From contig OZ025802.1 of assembly GCA_964019425.1 (NCBI GenBank), positions 992,001 through 1,056,000 of the forward strand: a DNA stretch of 64,000 nucleotides, given 5' to 3'. The translations under genes were made by a program, and so were the position numbers. Below, one piece after another: positions 50,840-61,820 of the stretch (the stretch's first letter is position 1; each line of letters begins with the position of its first letter). Under the pieces are notes generated by a model, which worked only from the letters and a program-made list of their open reading frames with translations, searched no databases and was not told where the DNA came from. The stretch is from Flectonema sp. DT1601. Taxonomy: Eukaryota.

Positions 50840-53518
50840 ATGAGCGTCAGCGAGTATAATGTAACCAAACTGAGAGCATTGTGTGCATGGAAACTACCCG
50901 GAGACCAAGATAGGTGTGGACGTTATGAAACACATTTAGCAACAATGTCACCTCACATGGCATTTGGTGACTTAGAAAAAGATATCATAAGTATTGGAGG
51001 TGGATCAGCTGCGACCAACATATCCGGTTGGAGTACAGCAAGAGACGCTATGTTTCATTTTATGGGTCATAAGGGTGGTGCTAACCAAGTTGAAATAGAC
51101 AACGAATTACAACAATGGTCATCAACTCACCCAGTTACAAACCCTGAGGAGTCACCTTATAACGATTGGTGGGCTGATAAAGACAAGATTAATAACACAA
51201 CTTATTTTACTGACAGAAAGGAATTGGTTCTTATTTTTTCTGAAGAGGATCCAGTAAGCAATCGCATAGCTGAAATAGATGCTTATATAGAAGCGTACAG
51301 CATGAATATAAAACTGTTTATAACTGAGCAGTCTGAAATCTTCTCCAAGGTACGAGATAATACTATTAAATGGGGTCAAGAATTATACGGACGGTTTAAA
51401 CCTTCGAACGTTGCGCGTGTTCCAGAACATGTGAGTAAGACTTATCACAGGATAGCAAAGCAAGAAGAATATAGATTAAAGTTAATCAAATTGTATGACA
51501 AAGATCTGTATAGGAAAATAGCAACATGGTCGGCTGTTCATCCCCCAGGTAGTCGTCTTCGTGAAGCTCTATTTGATTATTTCATGGTGAGGAAGGACTC
51601 AGCTAATTTACTGATAATTGATCGGCACTTGGCTACCCATTCGGAAGTTGAATTGGCGTCTTATTTCTCGACTGAAGATCCGGTTTATGGAAAAGTATAC
51701 CAACAGAGAAAAGCAAACAACACTCATCAGAATTGCTTATTTCCTCCATGGAGAAATGGTGATTATCCAAGAGAGAATCCTAACAAACCACCAGAGCAAT
51801 ATGATTGGTCTAAAGACGATCCTGAGTGTCAGCCTCCAGTCATTATGGGTGTCGATTATGATATACCTAAAGTAGCACATCCGAAACCTTATGATATACC
51901 TCGTGATTTAATTAATATGTATGAGGAAGAGTCGCTTGCTAGATTACAGAGTTCCCGACCAAGTGAACCACAACAACCAGCTGCACCTCAAGACCGTTAT
52001 AAAGAATTAGTTGATGAGAGTAACAAGCAATCTGCTGCTGATCTTCCAATAGAGACTCTCACTGATGATGATATGATTATCAACGATTCAATTGTGAAGT
52101 CAAAATGGGCATCACTCTTGGAAGATATTAAAGGGAAGTCAGCATCTCTTGAAAAGATGCTCTTAGAGACTACAAATGACGACCAACCTCCTCTTCCAGA
52201 AGAGATTAAAATGGCTAATAAAGAGATTGAGGGATGGCTTTCATTCGCACCAAACGATTCGAATGCGAATATTATGCAATTTAAAGCTGGTGATGGAACC
52301 TCTCATGATCTTTGTAATGCTTGTAGTAGTACAGTTGTGAAATCACGTAACGCCATCTGGTCATCTGTTCTTCAATACAAGACGGCAACGTCGAGTGATC
52401 CAACGAAGAATTATCACATTTTGGAAGAGTGTGTATTTTATTATTATTTATTTTTAGTAATTCAAAAAAAAAAGAAAATTAGCTTTTCACCAATCTGCTA
52501 TAATAAAAAAAAACAATAAAACAGAACTATTGAAGTTGTACGTGAGAAGGGAAAATTCAGCAGCGGTGTCTGGGCCAAACGATTTGTTAGGGCCACCGAC
52601 ACAGGACTCCACCTGTACAAAAGTAAAGATGTATGTGACTAATTGGTACTCTGGTCTTATCGTTGTACATAAAGAAGAAGAAAAAATACAAAAAAAAAAC
52701 AGTCGCTGGGTAAGGCAAAGGGTTCAAGGATTTTTAATTCGCAAACAGTCTTCGTACCAAACCCGACAGCAGAGGATTATCCGAAAGATGAAAAACTATT
52801 TAAACACAAACAATACAATTACTTTGGTTTTGAACTCCACGAACCTGATGAGAATTTCTGGATGCGAGTTGACAACCAACAACGCTACAATGAGTGTGTG
52901 AATTTCTTTACTGCGGCGATGCAGAGGTTCAAAAAGATTGACAACAAGGACGATCCAAACCCGGCAAAGTGGAAAAGCAGAGTAGTCGGCCTGCTTGAAC
53001 AGATCCAGGGGGCAGAAAAGGCATCCGCTGCAGCCATTTCGGAATACGAACTAGCAAAGCAACAACGCATTGAAATGGAAGAACTCTGCAGTCGAGCTGA
53101 AGCTGATTGTAAGTGGTCACAATTGCAAGCTAGTAGTGCTGAGCAACGTGCAGCAAACCTTCAAGATGAGGTTCAAAAAGCCGAAGCAGAATGTCAGGGT
53201 CTGAGAGCTGAAATAGAGCAAACCAGGCGAGACTCAGACTGTCTGCAACAGCAGGCAGAACGTTTTAGGCAAAAGGCGCGTGAAAATAACGAACAAGCGT
53301 CAGCCATAACTGAAATTAGTACTCAAAAACTCAGAGAACTTGAGGCGGAACTCGAAGAAGCTGTTAAAGAACGCGACCAAACTCAACAAGAAACGATGAA
53401 TGTCTTCTCTCGATGGAGAAAATGCGAAGAGCGTACCCCAGCGCAAGCACAAAAACGAGCATCTTCTCGAACTGGATTACTGTTCGTCAATAAGACTCCG
53501 GGATCTAATATTTTATAA
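50840..53518 (+). CDS. Hypothetical protein with a PH domain and C-terminal coiled coil; exons 50840-52428, 52525-52630, 52703-53518
   Basis: Splicing yields ...EKGKFSSGVWAKRFVRATDTGLHLYKSKD...YFGFELHEPDENFWMRVDNQQRYNECVNFF (PH pattern) and joins ORFs 50840 and 52862. Confidence 0.75.
52429..52524 (+). other. Spliceosomal GT-AG intron (96 bp)
   Basis: GA|GTGTGT...ATAAAACAG|A; opens the PH-domain frame. Confidence 0.75.
52631..52702 (+). other. Spliceosomal GT-AG intron (72 bp)
   Basis: GAT|GTATGT...AAAAAACAG|TCG; in frame with ORF 52862. Confidence 0.8.
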
Positions 53519-53856
53519 ATTATATCTACGCTGTGAATTCTAATACATCTCTCCTATTCTGATAACTTAGTAATATTTACTCATCCCTTCTTAAGGGTTG
53601 ATGTCGTTGTACTCAACTTCTTTATTTGTAGTTTTTTTTTTTGTTGTTGTTGTTGTTGCTGTGTTCTCACCCCCCCTTTTCCTAAGTTGACGAGCATTAT
53701 ATTAAAAAAACGAAAACATTTTGTATGGAGTTGTATCCCCCCAGTATTCTTCCCAGATAGATCTTTTCGTATCGTTATTAATTCCCCCCAGTGTTCCACA
53801 CGAAGAATGGGATGGGGTGTGTATTGTTATTGTATTTTAACGTTCTTATTGCCTGT

Positions 53857-53892
<36 letters not shown>

Positions 53893-54014
53893 GTTATTGT
53901 TGTTATCGTAGTATGGTTAGTTTTTTTTTCTTTTTTTTTTTCCCTCTTCAAAAATGACTTCTTTCTTATTTTTCATCAGGGAATTTCTATCTCAAAAAAA
54001 CAAAACAAATAACA

Positions 54015-55724
54015 ATGTCTGATCTATCATTTCGTCTTGTGTCACACGACAGCTGTGTCAATCCTGCTACAATAACATGTCCTGAGGGTGGCGTTGCTTA
54101 CGTTGGCAGAGACAAAGTTGATTATATTTTGACATCAGTAACTGACAGGAGTATCGTTTCGAGAAGACATGCGAAACTAGAATTGAAATGTGGGATTATG
54201 TACTTAACAGATGAGAGTAGTAATGGAATGCTTTTGAATTGTAAAAAAATTTCAAAACGTGAGAAGATTGCTATCAAAGAAGGTGACACAGTTAGTTTTG
54301 GACCCTTTCCGAATGAAATGACGTACAGATTATGTTCTGAGCACAGCATCGAAATCGGAGGTGACATCCTATTGAATGACCAGCTTACAAAGTTTTCAGA
54401 CATTAAAGAACAAGAACAAGTAATGTACTCACGAGATTCTAGTCACATGATAACTGACTCATCAACTGCTGTTACGATTAACCCAATCAATGAATCAAAA
54501 CTAGCACTTGAACTACTTCAGTATTTGAAAGCTGAATATATTCCTGAAACTGATAGTTTTCTAAACAAAATGAATCAGAAGGAGTGGACTGAAAAGGTTC
54601 TATCATTATTCACGGCATACCATCGAACACGTTCAAGTGATACACTTATTCTTCGTCTGAATAGTCCTCAATATGTTATTGGTGATTTACACGGATCGTA
54701 CTTTGATTTGAATGACATCATTTCGAGGTTAACACCCTTCAATGACATTAGACTCGCTACTACTCCAATAACATTTCTTGGTGACTATGTCGATAGAGGA
54801 TCTCACAGTGTTGAAGTACTAGTCTGTTTGTTCGCAATGAAAATCGTAGCACCGAATGCAATAAACTTACTGCGAGGTAATCATGAAGACTCTACTCTGT
54901 TGGATGGAAAAAGTCTTCAAGAAGCGTGTGAGGAATTAGGTCCAATAGGAACTGACATTCACAATAAAGCAAAACAATGCTTTGCAACACTTCCATTGTG
55001 TGCTATTATTGATAACAGAATCTTTGCTAGTCACGGAGGATTTCCTCGTTGCCCAAGTATGGACTTGTCTTATCTCGAAGATCACACATTTCCTCGATTT
55101 TCAACAGTTCTGGATGACGGAACAGATGCTGGAAAAAAGTTAAAACCCCGCCTTGGTCAAGTTCCGGGTAAACTTCGTCCACACTGTCCAGTAAAACTGA
55201 TTTCTAAACTTAAAGAAATGGCGAGAGATATTTTATGGAGTGATCCAACTACTCCGACAACAAAACTAATTGATGAATACCATGGGACATCAGATAGGTG
55301 TGGTGGTGATACAACAGATACTAGTGTTGTAACTTTTACTTCTAAATCATTACAGAGATTCTTAGATCAGTACGGGTTCTCTTTAATGATAAGAGCTCAT
55401 CAGTTTCAGATCAACGGCGTTAGAGTATCACACGGAACAAAACTGATTACCGTCTTCTCAGCATCGAAATATTGTGAAGATGTCAACCCTGCTGGGATGA
55501 TATTAATAACACCATTCGCTCCTCATGTTCGACTCGCAAGTTATATTCCTAGAGTCTCACAACAACAACAACTCTCAGAGGGATCTTTTCAACACCAACA
55601 ATATAATTTAAAGGCGTCTTTTACTCTTGCTGAGGTTAACTGCCGTCTCAGTGATATGGATTTCAGCGACAGCAGTAATTCCTCTCCAAAAGGTGACGAT
55701 AATGAACATTACGGCGCTCAATGA
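54015..55724 (+). CDS. FHA domain + PPP-family Ser/Thr protein phosphatase
   Basis: FHA: VGR...VSRRHA...SSNGMLLN...GDTVSFG; PPP: GDLHG, GDYVDRG, LRGNHE, HGG, ILWSDP, IRAHQ, ITVFSASKY. Confidence 0.92.
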   Translation: MSDLSFRLVSHDSCVNPATITCPEGGVAYVGRDKVDYILTSVTDRSIVSRRHAKLELKCGIMYLTDESSNGMLLNCKKISKREKIAIKEGDTVSFGPFPNEMTYRLCSEHSIEIGGDILLNDQLTKFSDIKEQEQVMYSRDSSHMITDSSTAVTINPINESKLALELLQYLKAEYIPETDSFLNKMNQKEWTEKVLSLFTAYHRTRSSDTLILRLNSPQYVIGDLHGSYFDLNDIISRLTPFNDIRLATTPITFLGDYVDRGSHSVEVLVCLFAMKIVAPNAINLLRGNHEDSTLLDGKSLQEACEELGPIGTDIHNKAKQCFATLPLCAIIDNRIFASHGGFPRCPSMDLSYLEDHTFPRFSTVLDDGTDAGKKLKPRLGQVPGKLRPHCPVKLISKLKEMARDILWSDPTTPTTKLIDEYHGTSDRCGGDTTDTSVVTFTSKSLQRFLDQYGFSLMIRAHQFQINGVRVSHGTKLITVFSASKYCEDVNPAGMILITPFAPHVRLASYIPRVSQQQQLSEGSFQHQQYNLKASFTLAEVNCRLSDMDFSDSSNSSPKGDDNEHYGAQ

Positions 55725-56066
55725 TGTTTATTTTTATTTTTTTTACATCTATAGAATACAACCGACCTGTATATCTATCTATATCTCTATCTGTCCGATA
55801 GTTAGTGTACGGCTTGCTTAGAGATAAAATAGAATACAAGTCAGACTGTGCTTTACATAGGATTCATTATGTAATGTACAGGTTTGTTCTGCTCTCTTCT
55901 TTCTGTTGCTTACAATTACAGTTTCCTCTCTTCTTACACAACCTTTCGATCGTATTTTATTTTATTTTGTTTGTATGCTTCGATTGTGGGTTGAAATTCT
56001 TTTTTGTAATTACGAATTTGTTATAATAAATTATAATTTTTTTTTTTTTTAGTATCCTATTTCAAG

Positions 56067-57925
56067 ATGTCTGTTAAGCGTGCGGCCCACCTCGGTATCG
56101 ACGGAACGAGAACTTCTGGAGATGACATCAGAATTGAGAACGTGACTGCTGCAGTTGCGATTGCTAACATTGTAAAGACTTCATTAGGACCGATGGGATT
56201 GGATAAGATGTTGGTTGATGAATTGGGTGAGATGCTTGTCACCAACGATGGAGCAACCATTCTTCAGAAGTTAGAAGTTGAACACCCAAGTGCTAAGGTT
56301 TTAGTTGATCTGGCTAAGTTGCAAGACGAGGAGATTGGTGACGGAACCACTTCAGTTGTCGTCCTCGCTGCGGAACTTTTGAAGCGCGCGAACATATTAA
56401 TTCAGCAGAGAATCCATCCTACGAATATCATCAGTGGGTTTAAGTTAGCCGCCAAGGAGGCACAGAACTACCTGAAAGAAAACCTCAACGTGAAGGTCAC
56501 TGATTTACCAAAGGATAGTTTGGTTAATGTCGCAAAGACATCAATGGCATCAAAGGTCATTGGATCAGAGAGTGAATTGTTCTCAAAGATTGTTGTCGAC
56601 GCTATCCAAAGTGTGAAGACCATCAACGACATGGGTGATGTCGTCTACCCAGTATCAAGTGTTAACATCTTGAAACAACACGGAAAGTCTTCAAAAGAAT
56701 CTTCCCTTGTTAGAGGATACGCACTCAACTGTACCAAGGCATCCCAACAAATGCCTACTGGTGTTAAGAACTGTAAGATCGCTATTTTGGATATCGACCT
56801 TCGCCCAATCAAGATGAAGATGGGAATTCAATTTCTTATTAACAAACCAGAGGCTGTTGAAGAAATCAAGAAGAGAGAATCTGACATCACAAAAGAGAGA
56901 ATTGGAAAGCTCATCAAGGCAGGTGCCAACGTCATCCTCACCACCGGAGGAATTGACGACGCTATGATGAAGTACCTTGTTGAGTCTAATGTGTATGGTG
57001 TTAGACGTTGTAAGAAGGTTTGTTTATATTATTATTTTATCATGTAGTACATTGTACACTGTTTTCTTCTGCACGAGTGGATGTGCTTGGCACAACACAA
57101 CAGCACGACACACAAAACCAACAGGACGACTTGAAGCGCATTGCTAAGGTTACCGGAGGTACTCTTCTGAGCTCATTCTCTGACCTCACTGGAGAGGAAG
57201 TTGTTGACCCAGCCAGTCTTGGTATGAGTGTCTCTCTTGTACTTGAAGATGAGTTTATTATTCTTTCTATTACTGTAGTAACTGTTTAATTAATCAACAC
57301 ACACACAGGATCTGCTGACAAGGTTTACGAACAGAGATTTGCTGACGATGAGTGCACCATCATTGAAGCCAAGGCCGGATCAAGTGCATCGATTGTGTTG
57401 AGAGGAGCAAACACGTACATGTTGGATGAGATGCACAGATCAGTTCATGATTCACTCTGCGCTGTTAGCAGAACTCTTGAGGCCAACTCGATAGTAGCTG
57501 GAGGAGGTGCTGTTGAAGTCGCACTTAACGCTCACCTCGAGGCATTCGCGGCATCGCTCGGATCAAAAGAACAACTTGCTATCGCTGAGTTCGCACAGGC
57601 ACTTCTTGTTATCCCAAAGTGTCTCTGCATTAACGCTGCTTTAGACGCTACTGATTTAGTTGCCAAGTTGAAGGTTGCACACGTTCAGGCTCGTGGTAAG
57701 AAGCAAGAACACGTTGAGCAGAAATTCTGGGGACTTGACCTCATTGACGGTCAGGTTCGTAACAACATTACTGCTGGAGTGTTGGAACCAACTCCTTCAA
57801 AGATTAAGTCTTTGAGATTCGCTACTGAAGCTGCAATTACTATTCTTCGCATTGATGATCTCATCCGAATTAACGAAGAAGTTGTTGAAGAAGATGAAAT
57901 GATGAGACGCAAGAGAGGAATGTAG
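56067..57925 (+). CDS. CCT1: T-complex protein 1 subunit alpha (CCT1); exons 56067-57017, 57125-57221, 57309-57925
   Basis: SLGPMGLDKMLVD, TNDGATIL, GDGTTSVV, TTGGIDD, KIKSLRFATEAAITILRIDD; splicing restores VRRCKKDDLKRIAK and LGSADKV. Confidence 0.97.
57018..57124 (+). other. Spliceosomal GT-AG intron (107 bp) in CCT1
   Basis: AAG|GTTTGT...ACCAACAG|GAC. Confidence 0.9.
57222..57308 (+). other. Spliceosomal GT-AG intron (87 bp) in CCT1
   Basis: G|GTATGA...ACACACAG|GA. Confidence 0.9.
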
Positions 57926-59086
57926 AGTTCCAATCCCACTCTCAGTATCAGCACTACTCCTGTCTCAGTTCTTTAATTTCGTCAGATAGACGGGGGTGGA
58001 TAGCTGCTCATGAAGAGATTAGTCACTATTACTATTGACGTTATAGTTATTCATATCAGGTAGTATTAAAGTGGATTAATAAAACCAAACTATAATTCTA
58101 TCAGTTGGCCTGCCGTCCTATTAAGAAGGTAACTAGTCACTCCCAAAAACCCCTTATTTTAGTGTGTGGAGGCTATGTAGTTAGTTTGCATGGTCGATCT
58201 TGCTTAACTTTTTTTTTTTTAGCTCGTAATTTTCTTAGATCCTCCCTCTTCCCAGAAAACCCTCATTCCCAATTGATTTCTTAGTCTGAGCAGAACCTTA
58301 TTGTAGGTGGTACAGAAAAACTAGGGGGAAAAGAAAAAACAACAGCTGAGCAATCCGCAGATTGCTGCTGTTATCAGCGCACGCCCTTGCCTGCCAACTG
58401 GCGAAGAAGTTTCATTTTCCTGTGTTGGGAAAAAAACCCAGTAAAAAAAAAAAAAACAAAAAAAAAAAAAAAAAAATGAATAAATAAGAGAAAAGAAACG
58501 AAGGAAAAAAAAACTGTAGTTTTTTTATTTTTTTTTCTTCCCTTGCCCCTTTCCCCATTTTCTTTTTTGTTTTTTTTTGTTTGCATTCAAAAAAAATTAA
58601 ATGAAAGCAATCATCAGCACGTGCCGATGCCCTCCTCCCTTCCGTCTTTAATAGTTTCACACTTTTCGTTGAAAAAAAAAAAGAAAAAGGCTGACGGCCC
58701 CTACTTAGATTAATCACCCCGAAATGCCACCGCCAACTGTCACATTATTTGTAAACTTGGTATGAGAACGTCCTGGTATTTACAACTTCCCCATTGCACA
58801 GTTCGGGGAGGTTCAGGGGGAAACGGAAGGGAAAAGAAAAAAAAATCTCAAAAAAAAAAAAAAAAAAAAAAAAAATCTCCAACGGCCGTAAGAACAGAAA
58901 ATCGAACCATAAAAAATAACGAAGTAAGAAACGAGAAAGAGAACAAAAAAAAAAAAAAAAAAAAAAAGGAATCCACTACAGCAATCATTGACAGTGAGCT
59001 CGGCTCAAGTTTAAACCGAAAGGTCTTATGTTCGGACTTTTATTTTTTCTATATCCTGCAGGTTGGCAAACACAGCACACAAAAAA

Positions 59087-61342
59087 ATGGAACCAGAAAC
59101 AAGTAGTACCTTCCGCAAGGATGAGACTTCCAGTAGAGCCTCATTACTTCATAAAAGGCAATCAAAATCAGCAGGCTCAGAGCATACTGGAAAACGAGAA
59201 TCTGAAGTTGGAAGCCTTCGTAGAATAGACACAAGAAAACAAGGAAATAATGAACAACCAAATGACCAAACCCTTGAAGAAAAATCAGCCAAAGTCTGGG
59301 AAAGAGTTCAGCAACTGGTAGTAAAAGAAGCCGACGTAAAACTGAGACTACTAAAAGCCAGACGAGGACTAAAAGAAGCTGAGGACGGAATAAAACAACG
59401 AGAAGAAGAATTAAAAGAACTAAGCAACCAAATACAAACTAAAACACAATCTTTACTTGAACGTGAACATCATATTCACATGACTGAATCAAAACTAACA
59501 CATCGACAACAGGCATTAGAAACACATGAAGCTGACATTAGAATGCGTCAAACACATCAAGACCTTCAACAAAGACAACAAAATGATACTTCAAAAGAGT
59601 TACAGACTCTGGAACAATCACTTCTTTGTGATAGAGTTTCTGTTGAGGATCTAAAATCTCATATTATGGGAATTCAAAGTACCTTCACAGCCAAGGAAGA
59701 CGCCCTCAACAAAAAAGAGTTGGATCTCAAAGCGAAAGAAGAATCTCTTAGAAAGATATCCACTCAACTGAAGTCACGACAACTGGACGCTATCTCTCTT
59801 CAGAACTCCGCTCAACGTCAACAGCAAACCGTCGATGAGGAACGCAAAGCAATCGACATCAGATCTCTCTCTCTCCAAGGTAGTGAAAAGGAAGTTTCTA
59901 CGTCATTGGCTGCTGTTGCAAAACAACAAGGTTTAAATTGCTCTTTTTGATTTTTTTTCTTATTCCGAAAAAAAAAAAAAAAAGCATCAAAAACAAAAAA
60001 TATAACAGAAGAAACAGAAAAAAAACTAAAGTCAGCAACCGACCTGGAGAGCATGCTACTACAAAAGGCTTCTCAATTAGAACGGAGAAGCAGTTCTTTG
60101 TTACAAAAACAGACTTCTTTAGATGAGGAGAGGAAGGCATTGGAAGAGATAACCAGAACAAATCAGGATACTAGCTATCAATTACTGCTGAGACAACGAG
60201 AACTAGACTGCACTACTAATAGCCAGGCAGCTACGACCTCGACACAAGAGGATGTCGCACAGCAATTGCGTATGGAAAACGATCGTCTTGAACAACTAAA
60301 ACAACAATTGAAAGAAGCTGAAATGTCGCAAGCTCGCAGGGAGACGGAACTCACAACACGCGAAAAATTATACTCCGTTCGAAAACAGCGTATTCTGGCT
60401 GATGAAAAACAACTTATCGGCCACCTCAAAGAAATCAGGAGACGAGAACAGCTCTTATCTCGACAAGAGAGACATATCCTGGAAGGCAAGCCACCTTACG
60501 CCAGTGGTGGCAAGAAACTAGTCTCGACACAGCTACGTCGGGCAACAGGGCAGTACTTGTCTAGTGTTGTCAGATCTGTTGGTTCGAATGCGAACAACAA
60601 TCCATCTCTTGAGGAAGAAGCTAGTGAAACCAGCGATATGGAAATAATGGAATCAAATTTTCGTAAAAAAGCTGTTCAGCTTCACAAGCTCGCATCAAAA
60701 TACGAATTGTTTGGCGAACTTGATGACGCAATTTGGCAAAAACCTCGATTCTTCTCACCTGAACAGTACCTTCAAGTGAGCCTCACAGTCCTACTTGATA
60801 GGTATCTAGGAGGTGCTGGACCACTCATTAAAAAGCTCCTTTCATGTCCTACCTCCAGCAGTGATGGAATTGTACTTTGGTGGAGTAAAATAAGACACGA
60901 ATTCGGTTCTTGGAGATCTGATGTACTGAAAGTGTTAATGCATCACATGAATAAAGCAACTGATATCTTATTACCTTATGAACAATTATCAAATGAAGAA
61001 AGTCGTAATTCATATCAGACTGTTAACAGTCAGGCGCTTATCGAATGTTCAAGTGAATCGGTAAAGACTCAAAAAGGGGAATCACGACCATCGACTGCTC
61101 CGATGAACGCAAAGGTAACTCATCCTTTGATGCAGCAAAAGATCCACAGCGTTCCTACTCCTCTTAAGAAAGGAAATAGGATTCCTCTGTGTAATCAAAC
61201 TTTTCGTATTTGTGACGCCACTTCTGCAAAACCTTCTTTGTGTCCCATCACAGCCACGTCTGATCGAATGGGTTCGTTGCCTTCTCAGCATCTTGTGTTG
61301 AGTTCACCGTACTCTGCTTCTCCATGGAAAGATTCAGGTTAG
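59087..61342 (+). CDS. Coiled-coil hypothetical protein; exons 59087-59930, 60009-61342
   Basis: Heptad-rich ORFs 59063 and 60053 joined in frame by an intron; ATG at 59087 follows a U-rich AG at 59061. Confidence 0.75.
59931..60008 (+). other. Spliceosomal GT-AG intron (78 bp; an alternative in-frame acceptor lies at 60017)
   Basis: G|GTTTAA...ATATAACAG|AA. Confidence 0.75.
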
Positions 61343-61682
61343 CTCCTGTTGGCTATTTATTCCAAATCGGGTTTTTTTTTTTTTTTTTTTGATTATATCG
61401 TTCAGGAATTTCTATTCCTAAAACAGAAAAATCGTCATGTTCTGAGTAACTGATTAACTCACTACTTGAACAAAAAAACGTCTCATTTTTCATAGAGCTC
61501 CTCACGGATAGAATTCTTATTCTGACCAACACATATTCATTTACAATTCGCATATCGATTCGGATATATTTTATTTTATTTTATTTTTTCCTATTCATTC
61601 TTATATTATATTTGCGCCTTTTTTTTTTTTATTGTTGGTACCGACGAAGTCGGAGAAGAAAACTCTTCAGATTAAGAGCCAT

Positions 61683-61770
61683 TTATTTATTATGTCATGT
61701 TATCTATTTCCCGGTGCGCCAGTAAAAACTAGCTGACGATCAACAAAATAAATAAGGCTGCTTATCTGAA
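61683..61770. repeat. 88-bp dispersed repeat, copy 2
   Basis: Matches 28165-28252 with 2 mismatches. Confidence 0.9.
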
Positions 61771-61820
61771 TCGTTTGTTGTTGTTTTTTTTCTTTTCATC
61801 TTTATTGTATTTCTACAGAA

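Noticed and set aside
58725..58800. TTG|GTATGAGAA resembling the SL RNA exon/intron junction
   Set aside because: The upstream 39 nt lack the conserved CAGTTTCTGTACT core, and there is no tandem repeat or evident Sm site; at most an ordinary donor-like sequence
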